A stretch of 11,367 bases of DNA from a virus. Lineage: Duplodnaviria; Heunggongvirae; Uroviricota; Caudoviricetes. The stretch lies in the IMG/VR virus record IMGVR_UViG_3300027710_000009; one strand, given 5' to 3'. Of this stretch, positions 1-6,402 are shown piece after piece (positions within the stretch are counted from its first letter, which is position 1; every line of letters begins with the position of its first letter). The position numbers and the translations under genes are program-made. The notes below the pieces were generated by a model. It had not been told where the DNA came from. It ran no database searches and saw only the letters and a list, made by a program, of their open reading frames with translations.

Positions 1-1
1 C

Positions 2-220
2 TAACACATGGTCGCTGGCTTGAGTCAGTGTAATCTCTACGTCTTTGCCGTAGCTGTACATGGCAGGGTTAAAACCAACAAACAGTATGCTACGAGGACT
101 CACGCGGTAATAGTTATTAACTGCGTCTATAATCTCTCGTTTTCGTTTGGTGATTTCTTCTTGCTTGTTGCTGAACTCAAACGCCTCAAACCCAATTTCA
201 GCGTAATCGATAAAATGCAT
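2..220 (-). CDS. Hypothetical protein, N-terminal 73 aa only (runs off the left edge)
   Basis: Not in the ORF track because it has no stop in the window. My translation from ATG 220: MHFIDYAEIGFEAFEFSNKQEEITKRKREIIDAVNNYYRVSPRSILFVGFNPAMYSYGKDVEITLTQASDHVL. AAGGA SD at 232-236 and a perfect TATAAATA at 248-255 lie on the same strand. Confidence 0.85.
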   Translation of the reverse strand, partial: MHFIDYAEIGFEAFEFSNKQEEITKRKREIIDAVNNYYRVSPRSILFVGFNPAMYSYGKDVEITLTQASDHVL

Positions 221-234
221 TTTTATTATTGTCC

Positions 235-263
235 TTGACAGTTCAAGTATTTATAGGTATGGT
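235..263 (+). promoter_or_regulatory. Putative sigma70-type promoter for the plus-strand block
   Basis: Perfect TTGACA (235-240), exactly 17 nt spacer, TATGGT (258-263; 4/6 match to TATAAT with T1, A2 and T6 kept), upstream of ATG 320. Confidence 0.55.
248..255 (-). promoter_or_regulatory. T4-like late promoter box TATAAATA
   Basis: Plus strand tatttata is TATAAATA on the minus strand, an exact T4 gp55 consensus, 27 nt upstream of ATG 220. Confidence 0.7.
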
Positions 264-280
264 CCAAAATTGGGGTCGTC

Positions 281-288
281 CATAAATA
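281..288 (+). promoter_or_regulatory. T4-like late promoter box variant (CATAAATA)
   Basis: 7/8 match to TATAAATA, 31 nt upstream of ATG 320, followed by an AAGGAG SD at 308-313. Confidence 0.6.
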
Positions 289-319
289 CCTATACAACAA
301 AATCAATAAGGAGCTCTCG

Positions 320-601
320 ATGGGTGAAATATTCAAAATCATCGGTGACCTAGGAATGCCAGTAGCAGTAGCACTTGCGGGTGGATACTTTGTGTATCTA
401 ACCATCAAGCTGTTGTTGGGTGGTGTGCTAGGTAGTATCAAAGGCATGGCCGGTATTATTACCGCGCTGGACAATCGTGTTAAAACCATGAACCACGACG
501 TGGTACGCATTGATACCATTGTATCCAATGCACTGGGTCTGCGTCCTGACGTTGATCGCATTGCACGTGCAGATGGCAAGAACGATGCAAGGAGGGACTA
601 A
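320..601 (+). CDS. Small membrane protein (N-terminal TM helix + coiled coil); paralogue of 1567-1959
   Basis: AAGGAG SD; hydrophobic LGMPVAVALAGGYFVYLTIKLLLGGVL followed by the heptad-like LDNRVKTMNHDVVRID. The N-terminus resembles YvrJ/BhlA-type small membrane proteins (pattern only). Confidence 0.85.
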   Translation: MGEIFKIIGDLGMPVAVALAGGYFVYLTIKLLLGGVLGSIKGMAGIITALDNRVKTMNHDVVRIDTIVSNALGLRPDVDRIARADGKNDARRD

Positions 602-750
602 TGGGAAAATATCAACAATGGTGGGATAGTCTAAGCCCACAGATGCAAACTTACCTCAAAGCCCAACCAGTGTGGCATGATCGAGATTTATACAAAGCAC
701 TATTAATCGGAATTGTTATTGGTTTTGTCTTGGGTGTAGCTATCGTGTAA
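601..750 (+). CDS. 49-aa membrane peptide (below the ORF-track cutoff)
   Basis: TAATG overlap with the previous stop, AGGAGG SD at 590-595. Translation MGKYQQWWDSLSPQMQTYLKAQPVWHDRDLYKALLIGIVIGFVLGVAIV has a C-terminal TM helix and fills the gap up to the next SD. Confidence 0.85.
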   Translation: MGKYQQWWDSLSPQMQTYLKAQPVWHDRDLYKALLIGIVIGFVLGVAIV

Positions 751-762
751 GGAGTTGGGGTT

Positions 763-1542
763 ATGGATCCTGTAACCCTATTTGCACTTGCAAACGGAGC
801 AGTCTCCGCGGTCAAAGCTGGCTGCAAACTCTACAAAGATATCAAAGGTGCCGCAGGCGATGTACACGATGTCATCAAAGACCTAGACGCACAATTTCAC
901 AAACTGTATGATGGCAAACCTGGTGGCGCACCTCCTGCCGCTGTTAAACAACTCAAAGAAGAAAAAGCTCGTGTCAAAGATCTAAACAAACGCGAAAACG
1001 AAACCACAAACATTTACCATGAGATCGGTAACCACCTGGGTACCTACTATGACAACTACTACAAGTGTCTGGCTGTGTTTGAGGAAGAAGAAAAACGTAT
1101 TCATACTGAAGTTTACAGTGGCAACGATAGTCTAGGCAAACGTGCTCTACAGCGTGTGCTCATGCGCAAGCAATTAGAGGCAATGAATAAAGAACTACGA
1201 GAAATTATGGTGTACCAGATGCCAGTTGAACTTGGTGCATTGTATACCGAAGTTGAAGCCATGATGAAAGAAATGGGTAAAGAACAAAAGGTCTTGGTTG
1301 CTCGTCAAATGCAAAATCAAGCTCGTGACGAAAAAAGACGCCGTGCAAAATTGAAAAAATTAAATGAGCAGTTTGTGATCAGTGTCATCATGTTGGCGTT
1401 TGTTTTTACCTTGATGTACATCTTTGCCACGGTGATTAACATGCGTATGGAAAAATACCCAGAACTAGGCAACTGTGCATTTCCAAAAGGAACTGTGGTG
1501 TATGAAAAATGGACCAACACCGTTTGGTCAAACTGCAAATAA
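763..1542 (+). CDS. Hypothetical helical protein with a C-terminal TM anchor and two-Cys tail, 259 aa
   Basis: AAGGAG SD at 749-754; long charged alpha-helical body; TM segment FVISVIMLAFVFTLMYIFATVI; C-terminal tail with two Cys (GNCAF...SNCK). Confidence 0.85.
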   Translation: MDPVTLFALANGAVSAVKAGCKLYKDIKGAAGDVHDVIKDLDAQFHKLYDGKPGGAPPAAVKQLKEEKARVKDLNKRENETTNIYHEIGNHLGTYYDNYYKCLAVFEEEEKRIHTEVYSGNDSLGKRALQRVLMRKQLEAMNKELREIMVYQMPVELGALYTEVEAMMKEMGKEQKVLVARQMQNQARDEKRRRAKLKKLNEQFVISVIMLAFVFTLMYIFATVINMRMEKYPELGNCAFPKGTVVYEKWTNTVWSNCK

Positions 1543-1545
1543 ATA
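1538..1545 (+). promoter_or_regulatory. Late promoter-like box AATAAATA overlapping the upstream TAA stop
   Basis: TAAATA core 21 nt upstream of ATG 1567, with AAGGA at 1551-1555. Confidence 0.5.
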
Positions 1546-1566
1546 ACAAAAAGGATATCAATTATC

Positions 1567-1959
1567 ATGGAAGATATTGCGCTGTTAGTCAACAAATATG
1601 GATTTCCAATCGTCATGGCGGTTGGACTGGGCTACATTATCAAATACGTTTGGGAATGGGCCACCAAAGAAGTTAAACCAGTAATTAGCGATGCAAATAC
1701 TGTGCTTATCGCACTAATAGATCGCATACGTATGTTGGACAACGATTTGATCCGTTTGAATCAAAAGGTCAACACTGTGTTGACCATACGTGGTAAAATG
1801 ATTGAATCGGATCGTGTGATGGAAACTGCTATTACCGAAGCTGAAGCCAACGCCAAGTTCCACGATGCAATGGACGAAGCTGACAGCATCAATGCAAAAG
1901 CAAAAAAGAAAAAAATAGATTCTGCAGATGATAAAGAAGCCAAAGCTGGAAGTTCTTGA
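1567..1959 (+). CDS. Small membrane protein (N-terminal TM helix + coiled coil + charged tail); paralogue of 320-601
   Basis: YGFPIVMAVGLGYIIKYVW TM segment; LIDRIRMLDNDLIRLNQKV coiled coil; aligns without gaps to 320-601 over 75 aa. Confidence 0.85.
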   Translation: MEDIALLVNKYGFPIVMAVGLGYIIKYVWEWATKEVKPVISDANTVLIALIDRIRMLDNDLIRLNQKVNTVLTIRGKMIESDRVMETAITEAEANAKFHDAMDEADSINAKAKKKKIDSADDKEAKAGSS

Positions 1960-1960
1960 T

Positions 1961-1966
1961 TAAATA
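1961..1966 (+). promoter_or_regulatory. Late promoter-like TAAATA directly before an SD-less start
   Basis: TAAATA-GCTGT-ATG, with a 5 nt gap and no SD. Confidence 0.5.
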
Positions 1967-1971
1967 GCTGT

Positions 1972-2562
1972 ATGACTATTGTGTATATACACGGTGCTAG
2001 TGCTACCAGTGAAAGTTTTGTGCATATTCAAGAGCACATAAAGAGACCCAGCATTGCCATTGACTATGACAGTTCTAATGGATTTGCTAGTAATCTAAAA
2101 GCCATGAAAGAACGTCTAGACGATGTAGAAAAGATCTTCTTTGTGGCACACAGTCTTGGTGGCATCTATGCACTACATCTAGCTGACTATTTCCAACACA
2201 AGGTACTAGGCGCTGTTACACTCAGCACACCCTACGGTGGCAGCAGACAAGCAGACTATGCAAAATATTTTCTACCATTCTCAAGACTCATGCGTGACAT
2301 AGGCCCTGCTAGTGATCCAATGTCTCGAGTCAAAGAACTTAGATTTCCTAGAGACAGATGGACCAACGTAGTTACCACTCGAGGACAAAGCCCTTGGATG
2401 GTTGAAGAAAACGATGGTGTGGTCACGCTCAAGAGCATGCGCTATTGCAAAGAAATGGAATTGGTTGAATTACCATTGAACCACTACGAAGTGGTGATAA
2501 GTAACAAAACAGTTGATATTATTAAAGATCGACTCAAAAGAACACCCTTAGGACCGCACTAG
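1972..2562 (+). CDS. Alpha/beta-hydrolase (lipase/esterase, PGAP1-like pattern)
   Basis: Oxyanion motif IHG, nucleophile elbow AHSLGG (Ser61), TLSTPYGGS, NDGVV (Asp148) and NHY (His171) give a complete Ser-Asp-His triad in canonical order. No signal peptide. Confidence 0.9.
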   Translation: MTIVYIHGASATSESFVHIQEHIKRPSIAIDYDSSNGFASNLKAMKERLDDVEKIFFVAHSLGGIYALHLADYFQHKVLGAVTLSTPYGGSRQADYAKYFLPFSRLMRDIGPASDPMSRVKELRFPRDRWTNVVTTRGQSPWMVEENDGVVTLKSMRYCKEMELVELPLNHYEVVISNKTVDIIKDRLKRTPLGPH

Positions 2563-2625
2563 TTGCGAGGGCGCCCGGGTGCTGGGCGTAGCAAGCGATT
2601 CGCTACCGTGAACTACAAAGTGACC
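2545..2625. ncRNA. Candidate structured RNA element (or atypical bidirectional terminator) between convergent genes
   Basis: Three abutting stems: CCCT/AGGG + CGCA/TGCG with a TAGGAC bulge (2545-2571); CGCCCGG/CTGGGCG (2572-2588); TAGC/GCTA with a 9-nt loop (2589-2605). GC-rich relative to its surroundings. No U-tract on the plus strand. Family not identified. Confidence 0.5.
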
Positions 2626-2626
2626 A

Positions 2627-3385
2627 CTATTCTTCCATCTTGGCAATGAACTCAGCTTCAGGAATACGTGTTCTTGTATTCTTGCTACCCAACACAACAA
2701 CCACTTTATCGCCTAGTTCAGTGTCCAACAACAGAACAATACATCCGCCTGCGAGATTAGTGAAACCTGTTTTGCTAACAACGACTCGACGGTCTTTGCC
2801 AATCATTGGATTGGTGTTGTTAAAGAACAACCATTTCTTCTTTAGTTTGATCTCTACTCTGGTTTGTTTGCTGGCATCTATAATAGCACCATAGGTACGT
2901 GCGGCTCTGACCAATAACACAAGTTCTCGAGCAGTACTTACATTACGATTGTCTAAGCCAGTGGGATCACTCATTGATGTACGAGTCATCCCTAGGCTTT
3001 GTGCTTTGCTATTCATTGCAGAGATACAACTACCGCGGCCTCCCGGATAGTGGTCGCAAAGCACAAAGCTGGCACGATTATCGCTGTGAACCAGGCTCAT
3101 CTCCATCAATTGACGACGTGTAAATGACAGTCCTGAACGCTTTTTAGTCCCGGGTACTAGTGTGATAACTTCATCCATGTTTTGTTGTGCATCTAGCACA
3201 ACCATTGCAGTCAATAACTTGGTAATAGATGCAATAGGCCGAAGTTCGTCTATATTTTCGCTGGCAATTATGCTGCCTGTGATGTCAGACACCAGCCAGC
3301 TTTTGGCAGTGACAGGTTGAGACTTTGCGGCGTTCCCAGAAATACAGAAGGCAAGAAGTACACTTGCAAGTAATAAAATACGCAT
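2627..3385 (-). CDS. Secreted D-alanyl-D-alanine carboxypeptidase/endopeptidase, peptidase S11 (PBP7/PbpG-like)
   Basis: Signal peptide; all three PBP motifs intact: SxxK (RPIAS53ITK56), SxN (S101DN) and KTG (K205TG); also DPTGL. No C-terminal membrane anchor. Confidence 0.93.
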   Translation of the reverse strand: MRILLLASVLLAFCISGNAAKSQPVTAKSWLVSDITGSIIASENIDELRPIASITKLLTAMVVLDAQQNMDEVITLVPGTKKRSGLSFTRRQLMEMSLVHSDNRASFVLCDHYPGGRGSCISAMNSKAQSLGMTRTSMSDPTGLDNRNVSTARELVLLVRAARTYGAIIDASKQTRVEIKLKKKWLFFNNTNPMIGKDRRVVVSKTGFTNLAGGCIVLLLDTELGDKVVVVLGSKNTRTRIPEAEFIAKMEE

Positions 3386-3398
3386 GGGTCAATTTAGA

Positions 3399-5438
3399 TT
3401 ATTTTTCGTGAGCAACGAACTCGCCGTTCCAATTGGGACCGAGGTCTTGTTGTTTCATAAAGTCACAGCGTTCAATCCACATCTTGTAGTACTTGTCCAT
3501 TTGTCCACCAAAGCTGCCTTTTAGTTTCTTACACATCACAGCCGCTTCGTCAAACTTCTTGGCTCGATACAAGTCGTGCATGACATCATGTGCTATCTTA
3601 TCTCTGGTGTAATCCACACCCCGTGTACGCAGAACTGTGTAGATCAAGTCTGCTACAGTTTTACCCTTTGGTTGTAAGTTATCTAATAACAAGTAGAAGA
3701 AATCATCTTTGGTTCTGTTGTATGTTTCTGCTCCAACAATAGCTAAAACTCCGTATGCTTTACAACGTGCTTCTAGTCGTGCCGCAGTTGAAACCATGTC
3801 GCCTAAAATGTCATAGCTATGTCGTTCTGTTGAACCCATTTCACCGATAAAGCCAATACCTGAGTTACAACCCCAACCCATTGCGGCTGGTGGTAAGCCT
3901 TGTGCTTCCATTAGCTTAGTGTACTCGTCTACTCGATCCAACATCTCTAAGCCTACCTTAACGATAGTGCGAGCATGATTAGGATCTTCAATAGGAGCAC
4001 CGTGTATGTGCATACTGGCATCACCCACATACTTGATGACCATACCTTTGTTATCTAACATAGGCTGACTGATAGCATCCATGTAACCGTTCATGTACTT
4101 GCCTAAGCCGCCCACGTCATCACCGTAGTGTTCACCAATGGGAGTGAAGCCACGCAGGTCTGAGAACATAACACTTACGTCTTTACGCACACCACGCTTG
4201 ATCAAGTCTGGATCTTTTTGTAACAGCTCTACAACTTCTTTTGAGCAGTAGCCAGCAAACTGTTTCTTTATGGCTTGCTTTTGCAAGAACTCACTTATAA
4301 ACTTAACACCATAAGCGTGAAGCATGACCAGAACAAGGCCAACCACGATAGCAGTTGAGTCAAAGAGCCAACTAAACTGTGAATAAGCATAGGACCCAGC
4401 GAACACACTAGACCCAATAATAACAACACCTGAAATGATACCAACATAAGTCCACCTTGTTAAAAATAGCAATAGCAATCCTGCGGCCAGCATAGCCGCA
4501 ATTTCCAATGCATCTGCATAGTCTGGACGTTGAATAGTTACATTGTTAAACATGGTGCCTAGCACTGCGGCCTGTGCTGTGTTGGGATACACTGCACCAA
4601 TTGAGGTAGGTAGTGGATTCACAATACCTGCCGCTGTAGGACCCACAAGGACTACTGCGCCTTTGAAGTCAGCAGGCAGTTTAGTAATACTATAAGCGTG
4701 TGACTTTTGTGACCAGTCAATCCAAATACGTCCTAGCTCGTCTGTGGCAATAGGCCCAAACTTTGGAATGCGCATTTTCTCCACGCCCCATTCATTGAGC
4801 TTGACCTGAAACGTTGAGTCTCCGGCGGCAATGCGTAAAACTTCCATGCTAAGACTAGGGTACAGTTTATCGTTGCTGGCTACCACAAGAGGAATGCGTC
4901 GATTCACTCCATCAATCTCTGGCATGGTGTGTACTGTGCCAACACCCACAGCTGAGTTTTCTAGCACAGGCACGTTGGCAATCACGCCAGGGTAGTTAAC
5001 AATGTTTTCCATCCATTCGGGTCCCATCACAGCCGAGCCTGGATTGCGTGGAATGTTTTTGTTTCGATCGCTAGGAACATTTACCAGTACTACTGGATAC
5101 TGTTTAAGAGCGGCAGCAAGATCCCCGTCACCACCAGTTCTATCGCTATCAGCCATGATAACATTGAGAACAACAAGCCCAGCACCACGATTGTACAAAT
5201 CTTTAATAATCTTTGCATATTCTGCCCTTGGTAATGGCCATTGGCCATATTTGTCCAAGCCGGCTTCGTCGATGTTGACCGTGACAATGTTGTTTTCAGT
5301 TGGGGCCTTGGATGTAATTAGTGTGTCAAAGTAACGTAGTCTCACGCTTTCAACAAATGCTGGGTCTGCAACTCGTATGCACAATACCAACGCCAGGGTT
5401 AGCAATGCTGTCCATGGGCTCAGCAGTAGTTTTTTCAT
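3399..5438 (-). CDS. CHASE2-domain class III adenylate cyclase, 679 aa
   Basis: Start re-called to 5438 (MKKLLLSPW): GGAG SD, one base after the upstream stop; the track's 5489 start overlaps the upstream gene. Architecture: N-terminal TM; periplasmic CHASE2 (IVTVNIDE, YGQWPLPR, DGVNRRIPL); three TMs; cyclase motifs FSDLRGFT, KYVGDA, YDILGDMVSTAARLE; TPR-like tail ending WNGEFVAHEK. Confidence 0.93.
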   Translation of the reverse strand: MKKLLLSPWTALLTLALVLCIRVADPAFVESVRLRYFDTLITSKAPTENNIVTVNIDEAGLDKYGQWPLPRAEYAKIIKDLYNRGAGLVVLNVIMADSDRTGGDGDLAAALKQYPVVLVNVPSDRNKNIPRNPGSAVMGPEWMENIVNYPGVIANVPVLENSAVGVGTVHTMPEIDGVNRRIPLVVASNDKLYPSLSMEVLRIAAGDSTFQVKLNEWGVEKMRIPKFGPIATDELGRIWIDWSQKSHAYSITKLPADFKGAVVLVGPTAAGIVNPLPTSIGAVYPNTAQAAVLGTMFNNVTIQRPDYADALEIAAMLAAGLLLLFLTRWTYVGIISGVVIIGSSVFAGSYAYSQFSWLFDSTAIVVGLVLVMLHAYGVKFISEFLQKQAIKKQFAGYCSKEVVELLQKDPDLIKRGVRKDVSVMFSDLRGFTPIGEHYGDDVGGLGKYMNGYMDAISQPMLDNKGMVIKYVGDASMHIHGAPIEDPNHARTIVKVGLEMLDRVDEYTKLMEAQGLPPAAMGWGCNSGIGFIGEMGSTERHSYDILGDMVSTAARLEARCKAYGVLAIVGAETYNRTKDDFFYLLLDNLQPKGKTVADLIYTVLRTRGVDYTRDKIAHDVMHDLYRAKKFDEAAVMCKKLKGSFGGQMDKYYKMWIERCDFMKQQDLGPNWNGEFVAHEK

Positions 5439-5439
5439 G

Positions 5440-6270
5440 TTAGAATCTCCAATAGAAATATTTAGTACTAAATCCCACAGCTCTTTCAATCATGTCATGA
5501 TCCATTCGTTCTAGCACAGGAAGATGCAAGCTAAACATTGTAATAGTTTCGTCCTGCACAATCTGTTGTATTTCCTGTTCTGTGGGCGGAGTTGCGTCAG
5601 TCCAGTAGATCTTGCTGTAGTTTTGGTGTGTTCCAACATCAGGTTGGTCAAATCCACGACTGGTAGCATAAAGATCATACATGATAAATTCACTAGGTAA
5701 TTTTGTTTTCAACAACCAAATACAGGCGTTTATATCGCCACCAAAAAACTCAAACATACTCTTGGCAGTGTCAGGGTCAATCCAAAATGGAGTGTGTGGC
5801 GGACGATACAGTTGAGGTTCTGCAATATTAAATTTTTGGTGGCATTGTTGTGCAAACTCATGAAAAGGGTCATGAGATCCGCGTCGTCGATGTTGCTCAA
5901 AGTCTTGGACTTTTGCGTTTTGAACCAGCCAATTTTTAGAGTCAAGCACCACGTACTTTTTGTCTGTCTTGGTTGAAAACAATAACTTCAGTGCCTGTTG
6001 TGTTTTCCATCCGTTGCTACTGACCGGAATTGGTAATGTTTTTTTAGCAAATTTGTAAAAATCAGGAAAATCGTTCAGTGTGTAAACACAAACACTATGA
6101 CGCCAAAGATATTTTTTACAATTAGCCTGGTACCAAGCCATCCACGACTCTGCATCTAGTTCGTTAACAACAATGTTGATTGTTGTGCGTGAAAGATATT
6201 TACAAAAACTCCAACACTGCACTTGAAACTGCCATCGGTCTCGGTCACAGGTTACCACTAGAATTTGCAT
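5440..6270 (-). CDS. DUF6492-like protein, probable GT-A-fold glycosyltransferase
   Basis: N-terminal strand ILVVTC; GWKTQQALKL; YVVLDSKN (DxD-like position); HTPF; PSEFIMY. This motif series matches my recollection of DUF6492. No signal peptide. Confidence 0.65.
   Translation of the reverse strand: MQILVVTCDRDRWQFQVQCWSFCKYLSRTTINIVVNELDAESWMAWYQANCKKYLWRHSVCVYTLNDFPDFYKFAKKTLPIPVSSNGWKTQQALKLLFSTKTDKKYVVLDSKNWLVQNAKVQDFEQHRRRGSHDPFHEFAQQCHQKFNIAEPQLYRPPHTPFWIDPDTAKSMFEFFGGDINACIWLLKTKLPSEFIMYDLYATSRGFDQPDVGTHQNYSKIYWTDATPPTEQEIQQIVQDETITMFSLHLPVLERMDHDMIERAVGFSTKYFYWRF
5459..5464 (-). promoter_or_regulatory. Late promoter-like TAAATA for the cyclase, inside the 3' end of the upstream gene
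   Basis: CTAAATA on the minus strand, 20 nt before ATG 5438, with the GGAG SD (5447-5450) in between. Confidence 0.45.
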
Positions 6271-6273
6271 GGG

Positions 6274-6402
6274 TCACTGCACCATGAGCCAGCCAATCAG
6301 CAAACCAATACCAAAGGACCACAGGCAAGTAACAAAAACCAGTGGTATGTAGGTCCACTCATTGTCGATGATTTTTTTCCAATCTAGTGCCATAGCAAGC
6401 AT
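6274..6402 (-). CDS. 42-aa membrane peptide (below the ORF-track cutoff)
   Basis: TAATG overlap with the upstream stop. Translation MLAMALDWKKIIDNEWTYIPLVFVTCLWSFGIGLLIGWLMVQ has one TM helix. Its stop lies 3 nt before the next ATG. Confidence 0.75.
   Translation of the reverse strand: MLAMALDWKKIIDNEWTYIPLVFVTCLWSFGIGLLIGWLMVQ

Noticed and set aside
8-238. Plus-strand 76-aa ORF
   Set aside because: Antisense shadow of the better-supported minus-strand gene starting at 220, which has an SD and a promoter.
226-640. Minus-strand ORFs 226-579 and 428-640
   Set aside because: Antisense to 320-601, which has an SD, TM/coiled-coil structure and a paralogue.
320-2562. Calling the plus-strand block a holin/spanin/endolysin lysis cassette
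   Set aside because: No lipoprotein o-spanin or recognisable endolysin; similarity to BhlA/YvrJ is only at the level of a short TM pattern.
1317-2894. Shadow ORFs 1317-1616, 1761-1943, 2256-2438 and 2640-2894
   Set aside because: All lie antisense within well-supported genes and have no motifs or RBS.
5439-5489. 17-aa N-terminal extension of the cyclase in the ORF track
   Set aside because: It overlaps the upstream gene; ATG 5438 has an SD and a promoter box and starts with a typical K-K-TM segment.
6197-6202. TAAATA on the minus strand within the GT-like gene
   Set aside because: Mid-gene, with no downstream start or SD; treated as chance.
3382-6276. Identical 10-mer TGACCCATGC (minus strand) spanning the starts at 3385 and 6270
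   Set aside because: Includes the ATG itself, and in one case the TGA is the upstream stop; two copies of a 10-mer are not enough to call a motif.
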